A stretch of DNA of 64,000 nt from Betaproteobacteria bacterium SG8_41 (GCA_001303585.1 LJTT01000018.1:12810-76809); one strand, 5' to 3'; shown: positions 30,540 through 41,756, counted from the stretch's first letter. Notes: generated from the letters alone by a model not told the origin. Program-made: numbers and translations.

Positions 30540-31367
30540 ATGGCGACTTACGCAATCGGCGACGTCCAAGGCTGCTACGACCAGCTGATGCGGCTGCTCG
30601 AGCGCTGCGGCTATGACGGGCACCGCGACCGCCTCTGGTTCGTCGGCGACCTGGTGAACCGCGGGCCGCAATCGCTTGCAACCGTGCGGTTCGTGAAAGG
30701 CCTGGGCGAGCGCGCGGTCACGGTGCTCGGCAACCACGATCTGTCCCTGCTGGTCGTCGCAGAGGGAGCGCACAAGGGCCACGCGAGCGACACGTTCAGC
30801 GACATACTCGGCGCGCCCGATCGCGACGAACTGCTCGACTGGTTGCGCCGGCAGAAGATGATGCACGCGGAGAACGGCTACGCGATGGTGCACGCGGGCT
30901 TGCTTCCCCAGTGGAGCGTCGCTCGCGCGCTCGAGCTCGCCGGCGAGGCGGAAGTCGCGCTGCGCGGCCCGGCATGGGCCGAATTCCTTCGCGTCCTTTA
31001 CGGCAACCGGCCGGCGCGCTGGGGCGAAGAGTTAAAGGGCTACGACCGGCTGCGCATCATCGTCAACGCGATGACACGAATGCGTCTGGTCGCACCCGAC
31101 GGAACGATGGAGTTCAGCCACAAGCTCGGGCTTGCGAGCGCGCCGGCGGGCTACGTGCCATGGTACGACGCGCCGGCTCGCGCCAGCCGCGGCGCCGCGA
31201 TTGTCTTCGGGCACTGGGCGGCGCTCGGCCTGCTCGTACGAGACGATATCGTGTGCCTCGACAGCGGATGCGTGTGGGGCAGGCAGCTCAGCGCGCTGCG
31301 GCTGGAGGATCGCCAGTTGATCCAGTGCGATTGCGCCGAGATGAAAGGAAAGGCGAGCGAGGATTAG
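30540..31367 (+). CDS. apaH: Bis(5'-nucleosyl)-tetraphosphatase (symmetrical)
   Basis: MATYAIGDVQGCYDQL and GDLVNRGP metallophosphatase motifs. Confidence 0.9.
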   Translation: MATYAIGDVQGCYDQLMRLLERCGYDGHRDRLWFVGDLVNRGPQSLATVRFVKGLGERAVTVLGNHDLSLLVVAEGAHKGHASDTFSDILGAPDRDELLDWLRRQKMMHAENGYAMVHAGLLPQWSVARALELAGEAEVALRGPAWAEFLRVLYGNRPARWGEELKGYDRLRIIVNAMTRMRLVAPDGTMEFSHKLGLASAPAGYVPWYDAPARASRGAAIVFGHWAALGLLVRDDIVCLDSGCVWGRQLSALRLEDRQLIQCDCAEMKGKASED

Positions 31368-31488
31368 GCGGCGACCGCAGGGCGATAAGCAAAGCGATGC
31401 TGCCGCGCTCGGCTCGAGCCTTTTGCGTTCTCGACGGACGCAGTGATATGGCTTTCCTGGCAATCAACGCACTCGCACCTGGCGTCCG

Positions 31489-32424
31489 TCACCAGGGCCT
31501 GCTCCCAAACTGCTCCTTGTAGCGTTGGCCGATTTCGTCTCGCGAGAAATGGTGATTCTGGCCGCCGCGTTTGGCGATCTTGATGGCGCCGAGCAAGGAG
31601 GCGAGCCGCCCGGTAGTCGGCCAGTCAAAACCATTAACGATCCCGTAGAGCAACCCCGCCCGATACGCGTCGCCGCAACCCGTCGGATCCACTACCGCAT
31701 TCGCCTTGACGCCCGGAATCTCGAGCCGTTGCCCGTCGGTCAGAATGAGCGAGCCGCGGGCGCCGAGCGTCACGATCAGCGCCCGCACCCGCTGAGCAAG
31801 CTCTTCGAGCTTTTTGCCGGTGCGCTCCTGAAGCAGCTGGCCCTCGTAGTCGTTGACGGCCACGAAGCTCGCCATGCTCACGAACTCGTTGAGCTCGTCG
31901 GGAGTGAACATCGGCAGTCCCTGACCGGGATCGAACACGAAGGGAATGCCGGCCGCGTGAAACTCGGCGGCGTGCTGCAGCATGCCCTCGCGCCCGTCTG
32001 GCGCGATGATACCGAGCTTGACGCCGTTCGCCTCGTGCACGTGGTTATCGTGGGAGCGGTCCATCGCCCCGGGATGAAATGCGGTGATCTGGTTGTCGTC
32101 GAGATCGGTGGTAATGAACGCCTGCGCGGTGAACGTATCCGGAACCCTGCGCACGTGCTCCTGCGACAGCTCCAGCTTCTGCAAGCGATAAGAGTACGGC
32201 TCGCAATCGTCTCCAACGGTAGCCATGATGAGCGGGTCGCCGCCCAGCAGTTTGAGCGTGTAGGCAATGTTGCCCGCGCAGCCGCCGAACTCGCGCCGCA
32301 TGTCCGGCACCAGAAACGCCACATTCAGAATATGCAGCTGGTCCGGCAGGATGTGGTTCTGGAAGCGATCGCGAAACACCATGATGGTGTCGTAGGCGAT
32401 CGAACCGCAAATCAGGGTGCGCAT
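31489..32424 (-). CDS. PfkB-family carbohydrate/nucleoside kinase (adenosine-kinase-like)
   Basis: 311 aa from [12 protein letters not shown] with the DPTGCGDAY motif. The track's 477-aa extension is rejected. Confidence 0.85.
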   Translation of the reverse strand: MRTLICGSIAYDTIMVFRDRFQNHILPDQLHILNVAFLVPDMRREFGGCAGNIAYTLKLLGGDPLIMATVGDDCEPYSYRLQKLELSQEHVRRVPDTFTAQAFITTDLDDNQITAFHPGAMDRSHDNHVHEANGVKLGIIAPDGREGMLQHAAEFHAAGIPFVFDPGQGLPMFTPDELNEFVSMASFVAVNDYEGQLLQERTGKKLEELAQRVRALIVTLGARGSLILTDGQRLEIPGVKANAVVDPTGCGDAYRAGLLYGIVNGFDWPTTGRLASLLGAIKIAKRGGQNHHFSRDEIGQRYKEQFGSRPW

Positions 32425-32448
32425 GTTTTTTCTCGAGTACGGCGCCGG

Positions 32449-32457
32449 ATTATAGCA
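32449..32457 (-). promoter_or_regulatory. Candidate extended -10 element TGcTATAAT upstream of the PfkB kinase gene
   Basis: The minus strand reads cgaTGcTATAATcc. The 12-mer CGATGCTATAAT is identical to the aceE site. Confidence 0.45.
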
Positions 32458-32574
32458 TCGCGATGGTGCCTGCTTCCGATCCCGCGCTGGAAGCCAGCAC
32501 GATCTTCGCGCATAATCCCGACCGCGACTGGGCGCAACGGAGCCCTCGTGACCAACCAAGAAGGAGCCCAAATC

Positions 32575-32997
32575 ATGTTCAAGGAATTCAGGGAATTCGC
32601 AATGCGGGGTAATGTCGTCGATATGGCAGTCGGCATCATCATCGGCGCGGCGTTCGGGAAAATCGTCGATTCCCTGGTGAGGGACGTCATCATGCCGCCG
32701 ATCGGTCTGCTGCTCGGCAAAGTCGATTTCTCCAACCTGTTCCTGGTGCTGAAGGAGGGGAAGACTGCGGGTCCGTACCTCAGCGTCGAGGTCGCGCAGA
32801 AGGCCGGCGCGGTCACCTTCAATTACGGCGCGTTCATCAACACCGTGATCACGTTTGTCATCGTTGCCTTCGCGGTGTTTCTCTTGATTCGCGCCATAAA
32901 CAATCTCAAACGCAAGGAACAAGAGAAACCGGCGGCACCTGCGACACCCGAGGACGTGCTGCTTCTGAGGGAGATTCGCGACGCGCTCAAGAAGTAG
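32575..32997 (+). CDS. mscL: Large-conductance mechanosensitive channel
   Basis: [31 protein letters not shown] is canonical MscL; AAGGAG RBS. Confidence 0.95.
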   Translation: MFKEFREFAMRGNVVDMAVGIIIGAAFGKIVDSLVRDVIMPPIGLLLGKVDFSNLFLVLKEGKTAGPYLSVEVAQKAGAVTFNYGAFINTVITFVIVAFAVFLLIRAINNLKRKEQEKPAAPATPEDVLLLREIRDALKK

Positions 32998-33043
32998 AGC
33001 TTGACTCGCGGCGGGCGGCGCGCGAGTGACAAACGCGGTCGGT

Positions 33044-33412
33044 TCAGGCGAAGAGCACGAGAAGCCAGACGACAGGAACGTTTATTAGCGAGAGCATCAC
33101 CGCCGCGCTACCCATGTCCTTTGCGCGCTTGGCGAGGACGTGGTCCTCGAGCGAGATCCGGTCGGTCACAGACTCGATCGCGGAATTGAGCAGCTCGACG
33201 ATCAGCACCAACAGCACGCTCGCCACCATCACCGCCTTTTCCGTGCCCGATGCGGGCACAGCGAGTGCAATGGGAACGAGAATGAGCGCAAGCAGGACTT
33301 CCTGGCGAAAGGCGTTCTCGTGACGGAACGCGGCGGCAAAGCCGTCGAGCGAATAGAGCAACGCGTTCCAGATGCGGGTAAGGCCCGTCTTGCCCTTGTG
33401 CCGATTTTGCAT
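33044..33412 (-). CDS. dgkA: Diacylglycerol kinase
   Basis: 122 aa with three TM helices and a DgkA-like N-terminus. Confidence 0.9.
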   Translation of the reverse strand: MQNRHKGKTGLTRIWNALLYSLDGFAAAFRHENAFRQEVLLALILVPIALAVPASGTEKAVMVASVLLVLIVELLNSAIESVTDRISLEDHVLAKRAKDMGSAAVMLSLINVPVVWLLVLFA

Positions 33413-33484
33413 GGGTTTGATCGCTATCCAGCGGGTAGAGGGCGATGCGGCGGACCGCTCCGCTCACGGCTCAAGGTTTGCGGG

Positions 33485-34881
33485 TCACAATTTGCCGCTC
33501 GCCCGGGGCGTCCAGGCGAGATCGAGCAGGCGCGCTGCCTTGGTGTCGTCGAGGCGGCGCACCGGGGTGGCATGAGGCGCCGTCTTCAGCAGTTGGGGAT
33601 CGCCCCGCGCTTCCACGAGGATCTCGCTCATGGCCGCAGCAGCGGAAAGTAGACGGTGGGGGCATGGAAACCTTTGTCGAGAAGGCGCTTGGCCACGTCC
33701 AGCGCGGTGACGCCGGTTTCCTCCTTCAACCGGCGCAAAGTAACAATGAATTCGTGGCTTGCCCGTCTCTGCGGAAACGCAATCTCGAATCCCGCTTTTG
33801 CCAGCTCCACCATCAGGTAGTTGGCGTTGAGGGTCGAAAACTCCGCGACCCGACGCATTCCCTCCGCGCCAAGCATACGGGCGTAAACATAGGCGCGCAG
33901 CAGCACGCCCGCGTTGCCGAGCTGCGCGCCGAGCCGCCCGATCGACAGCGGCCGGTCGGTCTCCCCCAGCAGGCGATAGCCGCCTTTGCGCTGCGCCACC
34001 AGCGGAAGCGGCAGGAACGGCGCCAGCCGGCTATTTACGCCAACCGGCCCCGCACCAGGGCCACCTCCGCCATGCGGCGTGGAGAACGTCTTGTGCAGGT
34101 TGATGTGAATCGCGTCGAAGCCCATGTCGGCAGGTTTGGCCTCACCGAGAATCGCATTCAGGTTGGCGCCATCGTAATAGAGCAGCCCGCCCGCCTCATG
34201 CACGGTCCGCTCCATCTCGAGAATGTGCTGCTCGAACACCCCCAGCGTTGAGGGATTGGTGAGCATGAGTCCCGCCGTCCGCGGCCCTACTGCGGCCTTC
34301 AGCGCCGCCAGGTCGACGTTGCCCTGCGCGTCGGTTGCGATCTCGCGCACCATGTAACCGCACATCACCGCCGAGGCCGGATTCGTTCCGTGCGCGGCGT
34401 CCGGAACGAGGATCTCGCGCCGATCCGCGTCGCCGCGTGCGTCGTGGTAGGCGCGGATCATCGCCACGCCAGTGAACTCACCTTGCGCCCCGGCCAGCGG
34501 CGCAAGGCTTACTTCCGCCATGCCCGTGACGCTCTTCAGGATTTCCTGCAGATCGTAGAGGCACGCAAGAAAGCCCTGCCCCGTATCGTCCGGCGCTGCG
34601 GGGTGGCGCCCGAGAAACGCAGGCAGCATCGCCAGCGCGTTGCACGCCCGCGGGTTGTACTTCATCGTGCACGAGCCGAGCGGATAGAAATGCGTGTCGA
34701 TGGAGAAATTGTTCTGCGACAGGCGCGTGTAGTGGCGCACGACATCGAGCTCGGAGCATTCCGGCAGGAGCGGGGGCTTCGTTCTGAGATACCGCCCCGG
34801 GATCTCGCCTGCGCCAGGCGTCGCGGCGGGCGCTTGCGCCGCGCTCTTGCGCCCCGACCTCGATCGTTCAAAGATCAGCAT
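33485..34881 (-). pseudogene. gcvPB: Glycine dehydrogenase (decarboxylating) subunit 2, disrupted by an internal deletion plus frameshift
   Basis: The main frame ends at ...[12 protein letters not shown] (33628). The conserved C-terminus [42 protein letters not shown] continues in another frame to 33485. About 22-26 residues (the EPTETES block) are absent. Confidence 0.8.
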
Positions 34882-35000
34882 CGCAGGCCGATGTCCTTAA
34901 GGTCGTTGCCCGCAAGGCTGAATTCGGGTGCGGCATACCCCTTCCTCATTGGGTCGCCTCTTACGGTTACGGCATTGCCGCCCGATGTTACCTTCGCCAT
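34875..35000 (-). pseudogene. 41-codon remnant resembling the N-terminus of thiol peroxidase Tpx
   Basis: [39 protein letters not shown] parallels Tpx N-termini (GNPVTV...AP.F.LV..DL.DV.L). Its stop overlaps the gcvPB ATG. Confidence 0.4.
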
Positions 35001-35020
35001 TGAAGCGGTCTCCATCTCGT

Positions 35021-36424
35021 TCAGTTGCCGCTTTTGCGATTTAGCGCTCGCGACTTTCGGCGTCCAGTTCGGCCGATGATGCGCTCGAACTGCTCGGCAA
35101 AGCGCGCGAGGTCGTCTCCATTCTTGGTCTCGGTCGCGCAGACGAGCAGCGCATGCCCGATCTCCGGATGCGTTGGCTTCAGATCGAGGCCGCCCAAAAT
35201 GCCCTGCGCCTTGAGCCCCCGCAGTACCGTCGCCGCGGGCGCGGGCAGCGTCAAGACCGCTTCGTGGAAGAACGCCCCGCTGAATGCGCGTCTCACGCCG
35301 CTGACCGCCGTGAGCCTCGATGCAAGCGCGAGCGTGTTCGCATGACAAGCGCGCGCCACACGCGCGAGCCCCTCGGGCCCGAGCAGCGCCATGTGTACCG
35401 CCGCGGCCGCCACCATTAGTCCCTGATTGGTACAAATATTGGAGGTCGCCTTCGAACGGCGGATGTGCTGTTCGCGTGCCTGGAGGGTCAGCACGAAGCC
35501 CCGCCGGCCCTCGACATCAGTGGTCGCCCCAACGAGACGTCCGGGCATCTGTCTCAGCAGATCCTTGCCGCAGGCCATGAAACCGAAGTACGGGCCGCCG
35601 CCCGCGAGCGGCGAGCCGAGTGGCTGACCGTCGCCCACGGCAATGTCAGCGCCCTTGCTGCCCCACTCGCCTGGCGGCCTGAGCAGCGCGAGCGAAATCG
35701 GGTTTACCACAGCGATCGCGAGCGCGCCGCGTGAGTGCGCCCAATCGGTCAGTTCATCTACCGGCTCCAGCACACCAAAGAAGTTGGGTTGCGGCACGAC
35801 GACCGCGGCGAGGTCATCTTTTTGTGCGGCCGCCTCCAATGCCGCCGGCGCCGTATGGCCCGCCTCCCTGTCGTAAGGCACCTCGATTAGCTCGATGCCC
35901 TGGTTGCGCACGATCGTGCGGGCCACCCTGCGCCAGACCGGATGCACCGAGGCCGGCATCAGTACGCGCCTCGATGTCCTGTGGGCACGCACCGCCATCA
36001 GCACCGCTTCGGCGAGCGCGGAAGCGCCGTCGTAAAGGCTCGCGTTCGTGACGTCGAGTCCCGTGAGCGAAGCCATCATCGTTTGGTATTCGTAGAGCAG
36101 CTGCAGCGTGCCCTGGCTCGCCTCTGCTTGATACGGCGTATAGGCCGAGTAGAACTCCCCGCGGGTGATGATCTGCCAGACCGCCGCAGGAATATGGTGC
36201 TCGTAGGCGCCAGCGCCGATGAAGTTGAGCCACGTTCCGTCGCGCTCGGCGCGCTCGCGCATCAACCGCGTGACCTGCATCTCATTGAGCGCCGCGGGTA
36301 CGCCCGCGGGGGGGCCCGCACGCAGCCCCGCCGGGATCTCGCTGAAAAGTTCGTCGACCGAACCGACGCCGATCGCGGCAAGCATTTCGCGAACGTCCTG
36401 CTCGGTGTGAGGGATGAACGGCAT
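35021..36424 (-). CDS. gcvPA: Glycine dehydrogenase (decarboxylating) subunit 1
   Basis: 467 aa with a [15 protein letters not shown] start and full-length GcvPA similarity. Confidence 0.9.
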   Translation of the reverse strand: MPFIPHTEQDVREMLAAIGVGSVDELFSEIPAGLRAGPPAGVPAALNEMQVTRLMRERAERDGTWLNFIGAGAYEHHIPAAVWQIITRGEFYSAYTPYQAEASQGTLQLLYEYQTMMASLTGLDVTNASLYDGASALAEAVLMAVRAHRTSRRVLMPASVHPVWRRVARTIVRNQGIELIEVPYDREAGHTAPAALEAAAQKDDLAAVVVPQPNFFGVLEPVDELTDWAHSRGALAIAVVNPISLALLRPPGEWGSKGADIAVGDGQPLGSPLAGGGPYFGFMACGKDLLRQMPGRLVGATTDVEGRRGFVLTLQAREQHIRRSKATSNICTNQGLMVAAAAVHMALLGPEGLARVARACHANTLALASRLTAVSGVRRAFSGAFFHEAVLTLPAPAATVLRGLKAQGILGGLDLKPTHPEIGHALLVCATETKNGDDLARFAEQFERIIGRTGRRKSRALNRKSGN

Positions 36425-36436
36425 TTTTCAGAGGCC

Positions 36437-36518
36437 CGTGAGCAGTGATCGGTAGTGGGTGATCAAAGATGACGGACCAAGGGTAAAGTCTTTTAATCGT
36501 CGCCGATCACTCATCGCG
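36437..36518. repeat. Paired heptamer arrays in the gcvH>gcvPA spacer: cgtgagc agtgatc ggtagtg ggtgatc (36437-36464, plus one degenerate unit) and cgtcgcc gatcact catcgcg (36498-36518)
   Basis: Read directly. Confidence 0.75.
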
Positions 36519-36529
36519 CGGCATTAATG

Positions 36530-36919
36530 TTAGTGCTTGTCCTCTGCGGCGATCTTCTCGTAGCCGTTTGCGTCAAGCAGCGCCTCGAGCTCGCCGGGCG
36601 CGCTGGGCTTCAAACGGAACATCCACGCCGCGTACGGATCCTGGTTCACCCGTTCCGGCTGGTCCGCGACCTCCTGGTTCACGGCCACCACCTCGCCTGA
36701 GACCGGCGCGTAGATGTCGGCGGCCGCCTTGACCGATTCGATGACGGCACACTCCTCGCCTTGCTTAAGGGTGCGGCCAACCTCAGGGCTCTGGACGAAC
36801 ACGACGTCCCCCAGCTGCTCCTGCGCGTGGAACGTAATGCCAACCATCACGGTGCCATCGGGTTCGGCCTTCACCCATTCGTGGTTCTTCGTGTACTTCA
36901 GATCTTTTGGTGTCGTCAT
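36530..36919 (-). CDS. gcvH: Glycine cleavage system H protein
   Basis: 129 aa with the lipoyl-lysine motif ESVKAA. Confidence 0.95.
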   Translation of the reverse strand: MTTPKDLKYTKNHEWVKAEPDGTVMVGITFHAQEQLGDVVFVQSPEVGRTLKQGEECAVIESVKAAADIYAPVSGEVVAVNQEVADQPERVNQDPYAAWMFRLKPSAPGELEALLDANGYEKIAAEDKH

Positions 36920-37020
36920 GATCGCTCCAAAATATAGTCATACCGCAAAGACGCGAAGGTGCAAGCTTTCCATAAAATGAATCTGCTCTTTTTGAGAACA
37001 GGCTCTTCTTTGCGAGTTTT

Positions 37021-37046
37021 TGGCGTCTTGGCGTCTTCGCGGTTCA
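37021..37046. repeat. Octamer-based repeat tggcgtcttggcgtcttcgcggttca (copy of 22008-22033)
   Basis: 24/26 identical to the liuC-liuE spacer copy. Its last 3 nt are the gcvT stop codon. Confidence 0.85.
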
Positions 37047-38135
37047 AATCCTTGCCAAGATTTTTCCGTGGCGCACGAACGGAGGTTTGACCACCCGTGC
37101 GCGCAACCAGTTTCCACGCACCTCCACTTCGACCTCGTCATCGGGCGCGACCGCTCGCGGCACTCGCACGAGCGCGATGGAACGGTTCAACGTCGGGGAA
37201 AATCCGCCACTGGTGACCTCCCCCTCCCCCGCGGCGCAGCGCACTTTCTGATGGCCGCGCATGATCCCCTTGTCGATCAGCACGAGGCCAAGCAACCGCC
37301 GTGTTGGGGTCCTCGCTTCCAGCGCCCGCCGGCCGACGAACTCGCGCGCCTCTTTAAGCGCAACCGTCCACGCCAGCCCCGATTCCTCGGGCGTAACCGT
37401 CTCGTCCATGTCCTGGCCGTAGAGGTTCATTCCGGCTTCAAGCCGCAGCGTGTCGCGCGCGCCCAGTCCCGCGGGCGCAACACCCTCGGCGAGCAGCGCG
37501 CCCCACACGGCGGCCGCGTCATCCCGCGGCAGCACGATCTCGAACCCGTCTTCGCCGGTATAACCCGTGCGGCCGATGAACATCGCGCCGACTTCGGCGG
37601 CCTGAAATTGGGCAAGCTGCGCGGTTGCCGCTCGGATGGCGGGAATCGCGCCCCACGTCTTCTCTCGCGCGTGCGGCCCTTGTACCGCGAGAATCGCGAG
37701 ATCGCGGCGCGGCTCGATCCGCAAAGGTGCCGCTTCGAGATGCGATTCAAGCCACGCGCAGTCCCGTTCTGCAGTGCCCGCGTTCAACACCAGCCGGAAA
37801 TGCTCATCGCCCCGCCAGTAGGTAATCAGGTCGTCGAGAACGCCCCCCGCCTCGTTCAGCAGGCATGAGTAGAGTGCCTGGCCCGGCGTTTTGAGCTTCG
37901 CGACGTCATTCGCGAGCATCCGCCCGAGGTATGCGCGCGCGCTGTCGCCGGTGATGTCGACCGCCAGCATGTGCGAGACGTCGAACACGCCGGCGGCGCG
38001 TCGCACGGCGCGATGCTCCTCGATCTGCGAGCCGTAGTGCAGCGGCATTTCCCAGCCCGCGAAATCCACCATCCTCGCGCCCAGCGCGCGATGCGCGGCG
38101 GCAAGGGGTGTGTGAAGAAGCGCGGCTGCAGTCAT
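37044..38135 (-). CDS. gcvT: Glycine cleavage system aminomethyltransferase T
   Basis: 363 aa from [11 protein letters not shown] with GcvT motifs ([19 protein letters not shown]). Confidence 0.95.
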   Translation of the reverse strand: MTAAALLHTPLAAAHRALGARMVDFAGWEMPLHYGSQIEEHRAVRRAAGVFDVSHMLAVDITGDSARAYLGRMLANDVAKLKTPGQALYSCLLNEAGGVLDDLITYWRGDEHFRLVLNAGTAERDCAWLESHLEAAPLRIEPRRDLAILAVQGPHAREKTWGAIPAIRAATAQLAQFQAAEVGAMFIGRTGYTGEDGFEIVLPRDDAAAVWGALLAEGVAPAGLGARDTLRLEAGMNLYGQDMDETVTPEESGLAWTVALKEAREFVGRRALEARTPTRRLLGLVLIDKGIMRGHQKVRCAAGEGEVTSGGFSPTLNRSIALVRVPRAVAPDDEVEVEVRGNWLRARVVKPPFVRHGKILARI

Positions 38136-38149
38136 CGGGTCCCAGACAT

Positions 38150-38184
38150 AAAAAAAGGGCGAGGCCGGCATTCCGGCATCACCC
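38150..38184 (-). terminator. Intrinsic terminator forming the riboswitch expression platform
   Basis: GGGUGAUGCCGG-AAUG-CCGGCCUCGCCC stem with one mismatch, followed by U7. It overlaps the 3' strand of aptamer 2. Confidence 0.7.
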
Positions 38185-38392
38185 CTCTGTCCTCGGGAAT
38201 CCCCTGATGGATTCCGACCTGAGAGATTGCGGCGGCGATCGCCGCGTGCCCCTTCGGTGGAGGAGTCGCGCCCCTCGCTCTCCAGAGTTGCCGCGCTGCA
38301 GCGGTATTCAGGAGCCGTTGGCTCCACGCCTGAGCGTTTACGGGTCGTTGCGCCTTCGGTGGCGCGATGCCCAGCACCGCGCGCTCTCCCGT
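38185..38392 (-). promoter_or_regulatory. Tandem glycine riboswitch (two aptamers) in the gcvT leader
   Basis: The minus strand reads GGGAGAGCG...CACCGAAGGCGCAA...CUCAGGCG, then CUCUGGAGAGCG...CCACCGAAGGGGCA...CUCUCAGGUC...GGACAGAGGGG, matching the glycine aptamer consensus twice. Confidence 0.88.
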
Positions 38393-38456
38393 TGCAGCTT
38401 GCTGGCCGGGTCACTATAGCGCGGCATCCGCACGCGTGGCAAGGCGCCCACCGCGA

Positions 38457-39272
38457 TCAGGGAGCCGCAAGGAGGTTGAGACGGTAACCCGCGGGATTGA
38501 GGCTGCCGGTATCGAGATCCAGCTGCACGGTGATCTCGGCATTGGCCGGAACCCCGCTCGCCGGGTCAGGTCCCGACTCGAGATATTCCAGGGGCAGAAA
38601 GATGCGCCGCGCGAGCGTGTGCTCCAGATTATTCGTCAGCACCAGATCGAGCGCCGGATAGCCGACGTCGTAGCCCGCGTGGTTGCGCAGCGTGGCCGTG
38701 AGCCGGATCAGTGATGGCTGCTTGGCATCGACGAACTGCAGATCCGACGCTTCAATCCCCAGTAATTTGGGCCGCTGCGGCGGCATCACCGTGCAATTCA
38801 ACAGCTCGCACAGGCGCAGCAGATGAGGCTTCAAGCCTGGAACCCGGGTTGCAAGCTCGCTGCGGTAAACATACGTTGCCTGTCCGCCCAGCGCAAAGAA
38901 AAGCAGCATCGCGCCCACCGCCCACCAGCGGGCCGAACGGCTGCGCGCGCGCGCTTCCTCGAGCAAAACCTGGTCATCGAACGAGAGCTGCTCCGGCGGC
39001 GGACCGTAATCCCGCTCTTCCGGGATTGTCTCGGCCACGCTCGCAGCCTCGGGTGCCATGGCGCCGGGATCGACGGGCTCGAGACGAAACGTCGGCGCTT
39101 CGTTCGCGGTTGCAGGCCGTGGGGTCGGTTCGGTCGCTGCTTGAAGCGGCTCGCGCCCGTCAAATATCGTCATGCAAAGGCCGCAACGCACCTTTCCCTG
39201 CCGCGCCTCGAGCTGCTCCAGCGTGACGCGAAACCGCGTGCCGCAAGACGGGCACTGCGTCACCATGCTCAC
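38457..39272 (-). CDS. Zinc-ribbon / DUF3426 domain protein
   Basis: The N-terminal CPSCGTRFRV...VRCGLC MJ0042-type zinc finger, one TM helix and the C-terminal domain are typical of DUF3426 proteins found next to prmA. Confidence 0.8.
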   Translation of the reverse strand: MSMVTQCPSCGTRFRVTLEQLEARQGKVRCGLCMTIFDGREPLQAATEPTPRPATANEAPTFRLEPVDPGAMAPEAASVAETIPEERDYGPPPEQLSFDDQVLLEEARARSRSARWWAVGAMLLFFALGGQATYVYRSELATRVPGLKPHLLRLCELLNCTVMPPQRPKLLGIEASDLQFVDAKQPSLIRLTATLRNHAGYDVGYPALDLVLTNNLEHTLARRIFLPLEYLESGPDPASGVPANAEITVQLDLDTGSLNPAGYRLNLLAAP

Positions 39273-39350
39273 GTTCTGTCCTTCGCTAACCGGCGCATTG
39301 GTGCCTGCTGAATTCGAGGCGCTGCGGCCCGTCTTGCGCAGCAGACATAT

Positions 39351-40253
39351 TCATGCTGGTTCACTCTTCCCTCTGATTCCGCTGAGCAGCGTCCAGCCTT
39401 CGTCCTCTTCTTCGATGCCAATATCGAACCATGTGTGATAGGCGGCGCACACTTCCTCGGCCTGCGGCGGAAGCAGTCCCGCGAGCGCCAGCCGCCCGCC
39501 CGGGCGCGTGAGCCGCGCGAGCACCGGCGCGAGCACAATGAGCGGATGGGCAAGGATGTTGGCAACCACGATCTGCGCCGACTCGCCGGTTTCCTCGGCA
39601 GCGCCGTGGAAGCCCGCGTCGACCTGATTTTGCATAGCATTGCGGCGCGCTGCAAGAAGCGCCTGCTCGTCGATATCGACGCCCGTCGCACGCGCCGCCC
39701 CGAGCTTGAGCGCCGCGATCGCGAGCACACCGGAACCGCAGCCGTAATCGATCACGGATTCGCCGCCGCGCACCGTGCGCTCCAGCCAGCGCAGGCATAG
39801 ACGGGTCGTCGGGTGGCCGCCGGTTCCGAAGGCAAGGCCCGGATCGAGAACGATGTTGATTGCAGCGGAGTCGGGCGGACGGTGCCAGCTGGGAACAATC
39901 CACAGCCGCTGCGACACCCGGATCGGCGCAAATTGTTCCTGGGTCGCGCGTACCCAGTCCTGCTCGGGTACGCGCTCGACTTTGTGCGGCGGCGCGGGGA
40001 TTCCAACATGGGCGCACGCCGCTCCGAGCACCGCCGCAGGGTCTGCCTCGGGGTCGAGCAGCACACGTATCCGGCTGCGCTGCCAGCCCGCTGGCGGCGC
40101 AGCCCCGGGCTCTCCGAACAGCGGCCGCTCGCCCGGCAAGCCCGCCTCGGCATCCGCGACATCGACGCTGAGCGCGCCCGCCGCGAGCAACGCCTCGCTC
40201 ACCGGCTCAACGAAGCGCTCTTCGAGCTCGAAGTGGATGGAGAGCCAGGACAT
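39351..40253 (-). CDS. prmA: Ribosomal protein L11 methyltransferase
   Basis: SAM-binding DYGCGSGVLAIAA motif and accC-prmA synteny. ATG at 40253 is preferred over the track's GTG at 40262. Confidence 0.9.
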   Translation of the reverse strand: MSWLSIHFELEERFVEPVSEALLAAGALSVDVADAEAGLPGERPLFGEPGAAPPAGWQRSRIRVLLDPEADPAAVLGAACAHVGIPAPPHKVERVPEQDWVRATQEQFAPIRVSQRLWIVPSWHRPPDSAAINIVLDPGLAFGTGGHPTTRLCLRWLERTVRGGESVIDYGCGSGVLAIAALKLGAARATGVDIDEQALLAARRNAMQNQVDAGFHGAAEETGESAQIVVANILAHPLIVLAPVLARLTRPGGRLALAGLLPPQAEEVCAAYHTWFDIGIEEEDEGWTLLSGIRGKSEPA

Positions 40254-40273
40254 CCAACTCACGAAACACTAAA

Positions 40274-40378
40274 CGGTGAATGGTGAACAGAATGACACCG
40301 CGTCGCGGACGTGCCGTCTTCCGGCCAAATGTTACGGTTCAGCGGCCGCTGGTCACCATTCACCATTCATCATTCACC
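40274..40378. repeat. Paired heptamer arrays in the accC>prmA spacer: cggtgaa tggtgaa cagaatg (40274-40294) and ggtcacc attcacc attcatc attcacc (40351-40378)
   Basis: Read directly. Confidence 0.85.
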
Positions 40379-40389
40379 GGCGCTGGCGC

Positions 40390-41745
40390 TCACGGCTCGC
40401 GCGCCTTTTTCGCGAGCATCTCCTCCAGGTAATGAATGCTCGCGCCGCCTCGCAGAAAGGCCGCGTCCCGCAACAGCTCCTGGTGCAGGGGAATATTCGT
40501 CTTGATGCCCTCTATGACGGTCTCGGAAAGCGCGGTATTGAGTCGCGCAATCGCCTGCTCTCGCGTGTCGCCGTAGGCGATGATCTTGCCGATCAGCGAA
40601 TCGTAGTTTGGCGGCACGAAATAGCCATTGTAAGCGTGGGAGTCGACGCGGATGCCGGGCCCGCCGGGGACGTGGAACGAGGTGATGCGGCCGGGCGAAG
40701 GTGTGAAGAGGTGCGGGTCCTCGGCGTTGATGCGGCATTCGATCGCGTGTCCGCGGAACTGCACGTCGCGCTGCTTGATCCCGAGCTTTTCGCCAGCTGC
40801 GATACGAAGCTGGAGCTTGACGATGTCGAGCCCGGTGATCATCTCGGTCACCGGATGCTCGACCTGCAGTCGGGTGTTTATCTCGATGAAATAGAACTCG
40901 CCGCCGGTGTAAAGGAATTCGAAGGTCCCCGCTCCCTCGTAACCGATCTTGCGGCAAGCCTCGGCGCAGCGCTCGGCGATGCGCAGGATGGTGCGCGCGC
41001 TGATATGCAGCGCGGGGGCCTCCTCGATCACTTTCTGGTGCCGCCGCTGCATCGAGCAATCGCGTTCCCCGAGGTGAATCGCGTTGCGGAACTTGTCTGC
41101 CAGCACCTGGAATTCGATATGACGCGGGTTCTCCAGGTACTTCTCCATGTAGATCAGAGGATTGCCGAAGGCAGCCTGCGCCTCGGTGCGCGTCACTTGC
41201 ACCGCGGGCAAGAGGGCGGCTTCAGTGTGGGCAACGCGCATGCCGCGGCCACCCCCGCCACCCACCGCCTTGATGATCACGGGAAAGCCGATCGAACGCG
41301 CGACCTTAACGACTTGATCCGGCTCCTCGGGCAGCGGCTCGTCCACGCCGGGCACGACCGGAAGTCCGGCCTTGTTCATCGCGTTCTTCGCGCTCACCTT
41401 GTCACCAAGAAGCCGGATGGTTTCCGCCTTCGGCCCGATGAACACGAATCCGCTCTGCTCGACGCGCTCGGCAAAGTCAGCGTTCTCGGAGAGAAAACCC
41501 CAGCCGGGGTGAATCGCCTCGGCGTCCGTCACCTCGGCAGCGCTGATGATTGCGGGAATATTGAGATAGCTCTGCGCGGACGGCGGGGGCCCGATGCACA
41601 CCGATTCATCTGCGAGCTTGACGTACTTGGCATCGCGGTCGACCTCCGAGTGAACCACGACGGTCTTGATGCCCAATTCCCGGCAAGCGCGCTGGATGCG
41701 CAACGCCACCTCACCACGATTGGCGATTAGTATTTTTTCAAACAT
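40390..41745 (-). CDS. accC: Acetyl-CoA carboxylase biotin carboxylase subunit
   Basis: 451 aa; [29 protein letters not shown] is canonical AccC. Confidence 0.97.
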   Translation of the reverse strand: MFEKILIANRGEVALRIQRACRELGIKTVVVHSEVDRDAKYVKLADESVCIGPPPSAQSYLNIPAIISAAEVTDAEAIHPGWGFLSENADFAERVEQSGFVFIGPKAETIRLLGDKVSAKNAMNKAGLPVVPGVDEPLPEEPDQVVKVARSIGFPVIIKAVGGGGGRGMRVAHTEAALLPAVQVTRTEAQAAFGNPLIYMEKYLENPRHIEFQVLADKFRNAIHLGERDCSMQRRHQKVIEEAPALHISARTILRIAERCAEACRKIGYEGAGTFEFLYTGGEFYFIEINTRLQVEHPVTEMITGLDIVKLQLRIAAGEKLGIKQRDVQFRGHAIECRINAEDPHLFTPSPGRITSFHVPGGPGIRVDSHAYNGYFVPPNYDSLIGKIIAYGDTREQAIARLNTALSETVIEGIKTNIPLHQELLRDAAFLRGGASIHYLEEMLAKKAREP

Positions 41746-41756
41746 TTCTGGAGCGG

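Noticed and set aside
31525-32574. The first 350 codons of the 490-aa plus-strand ORF that ends as MscL
   Set aside because: This stretch is antisense to the PfkB kinase gene. MscL similarity and an AAGGAG RBS begin only at 32575.
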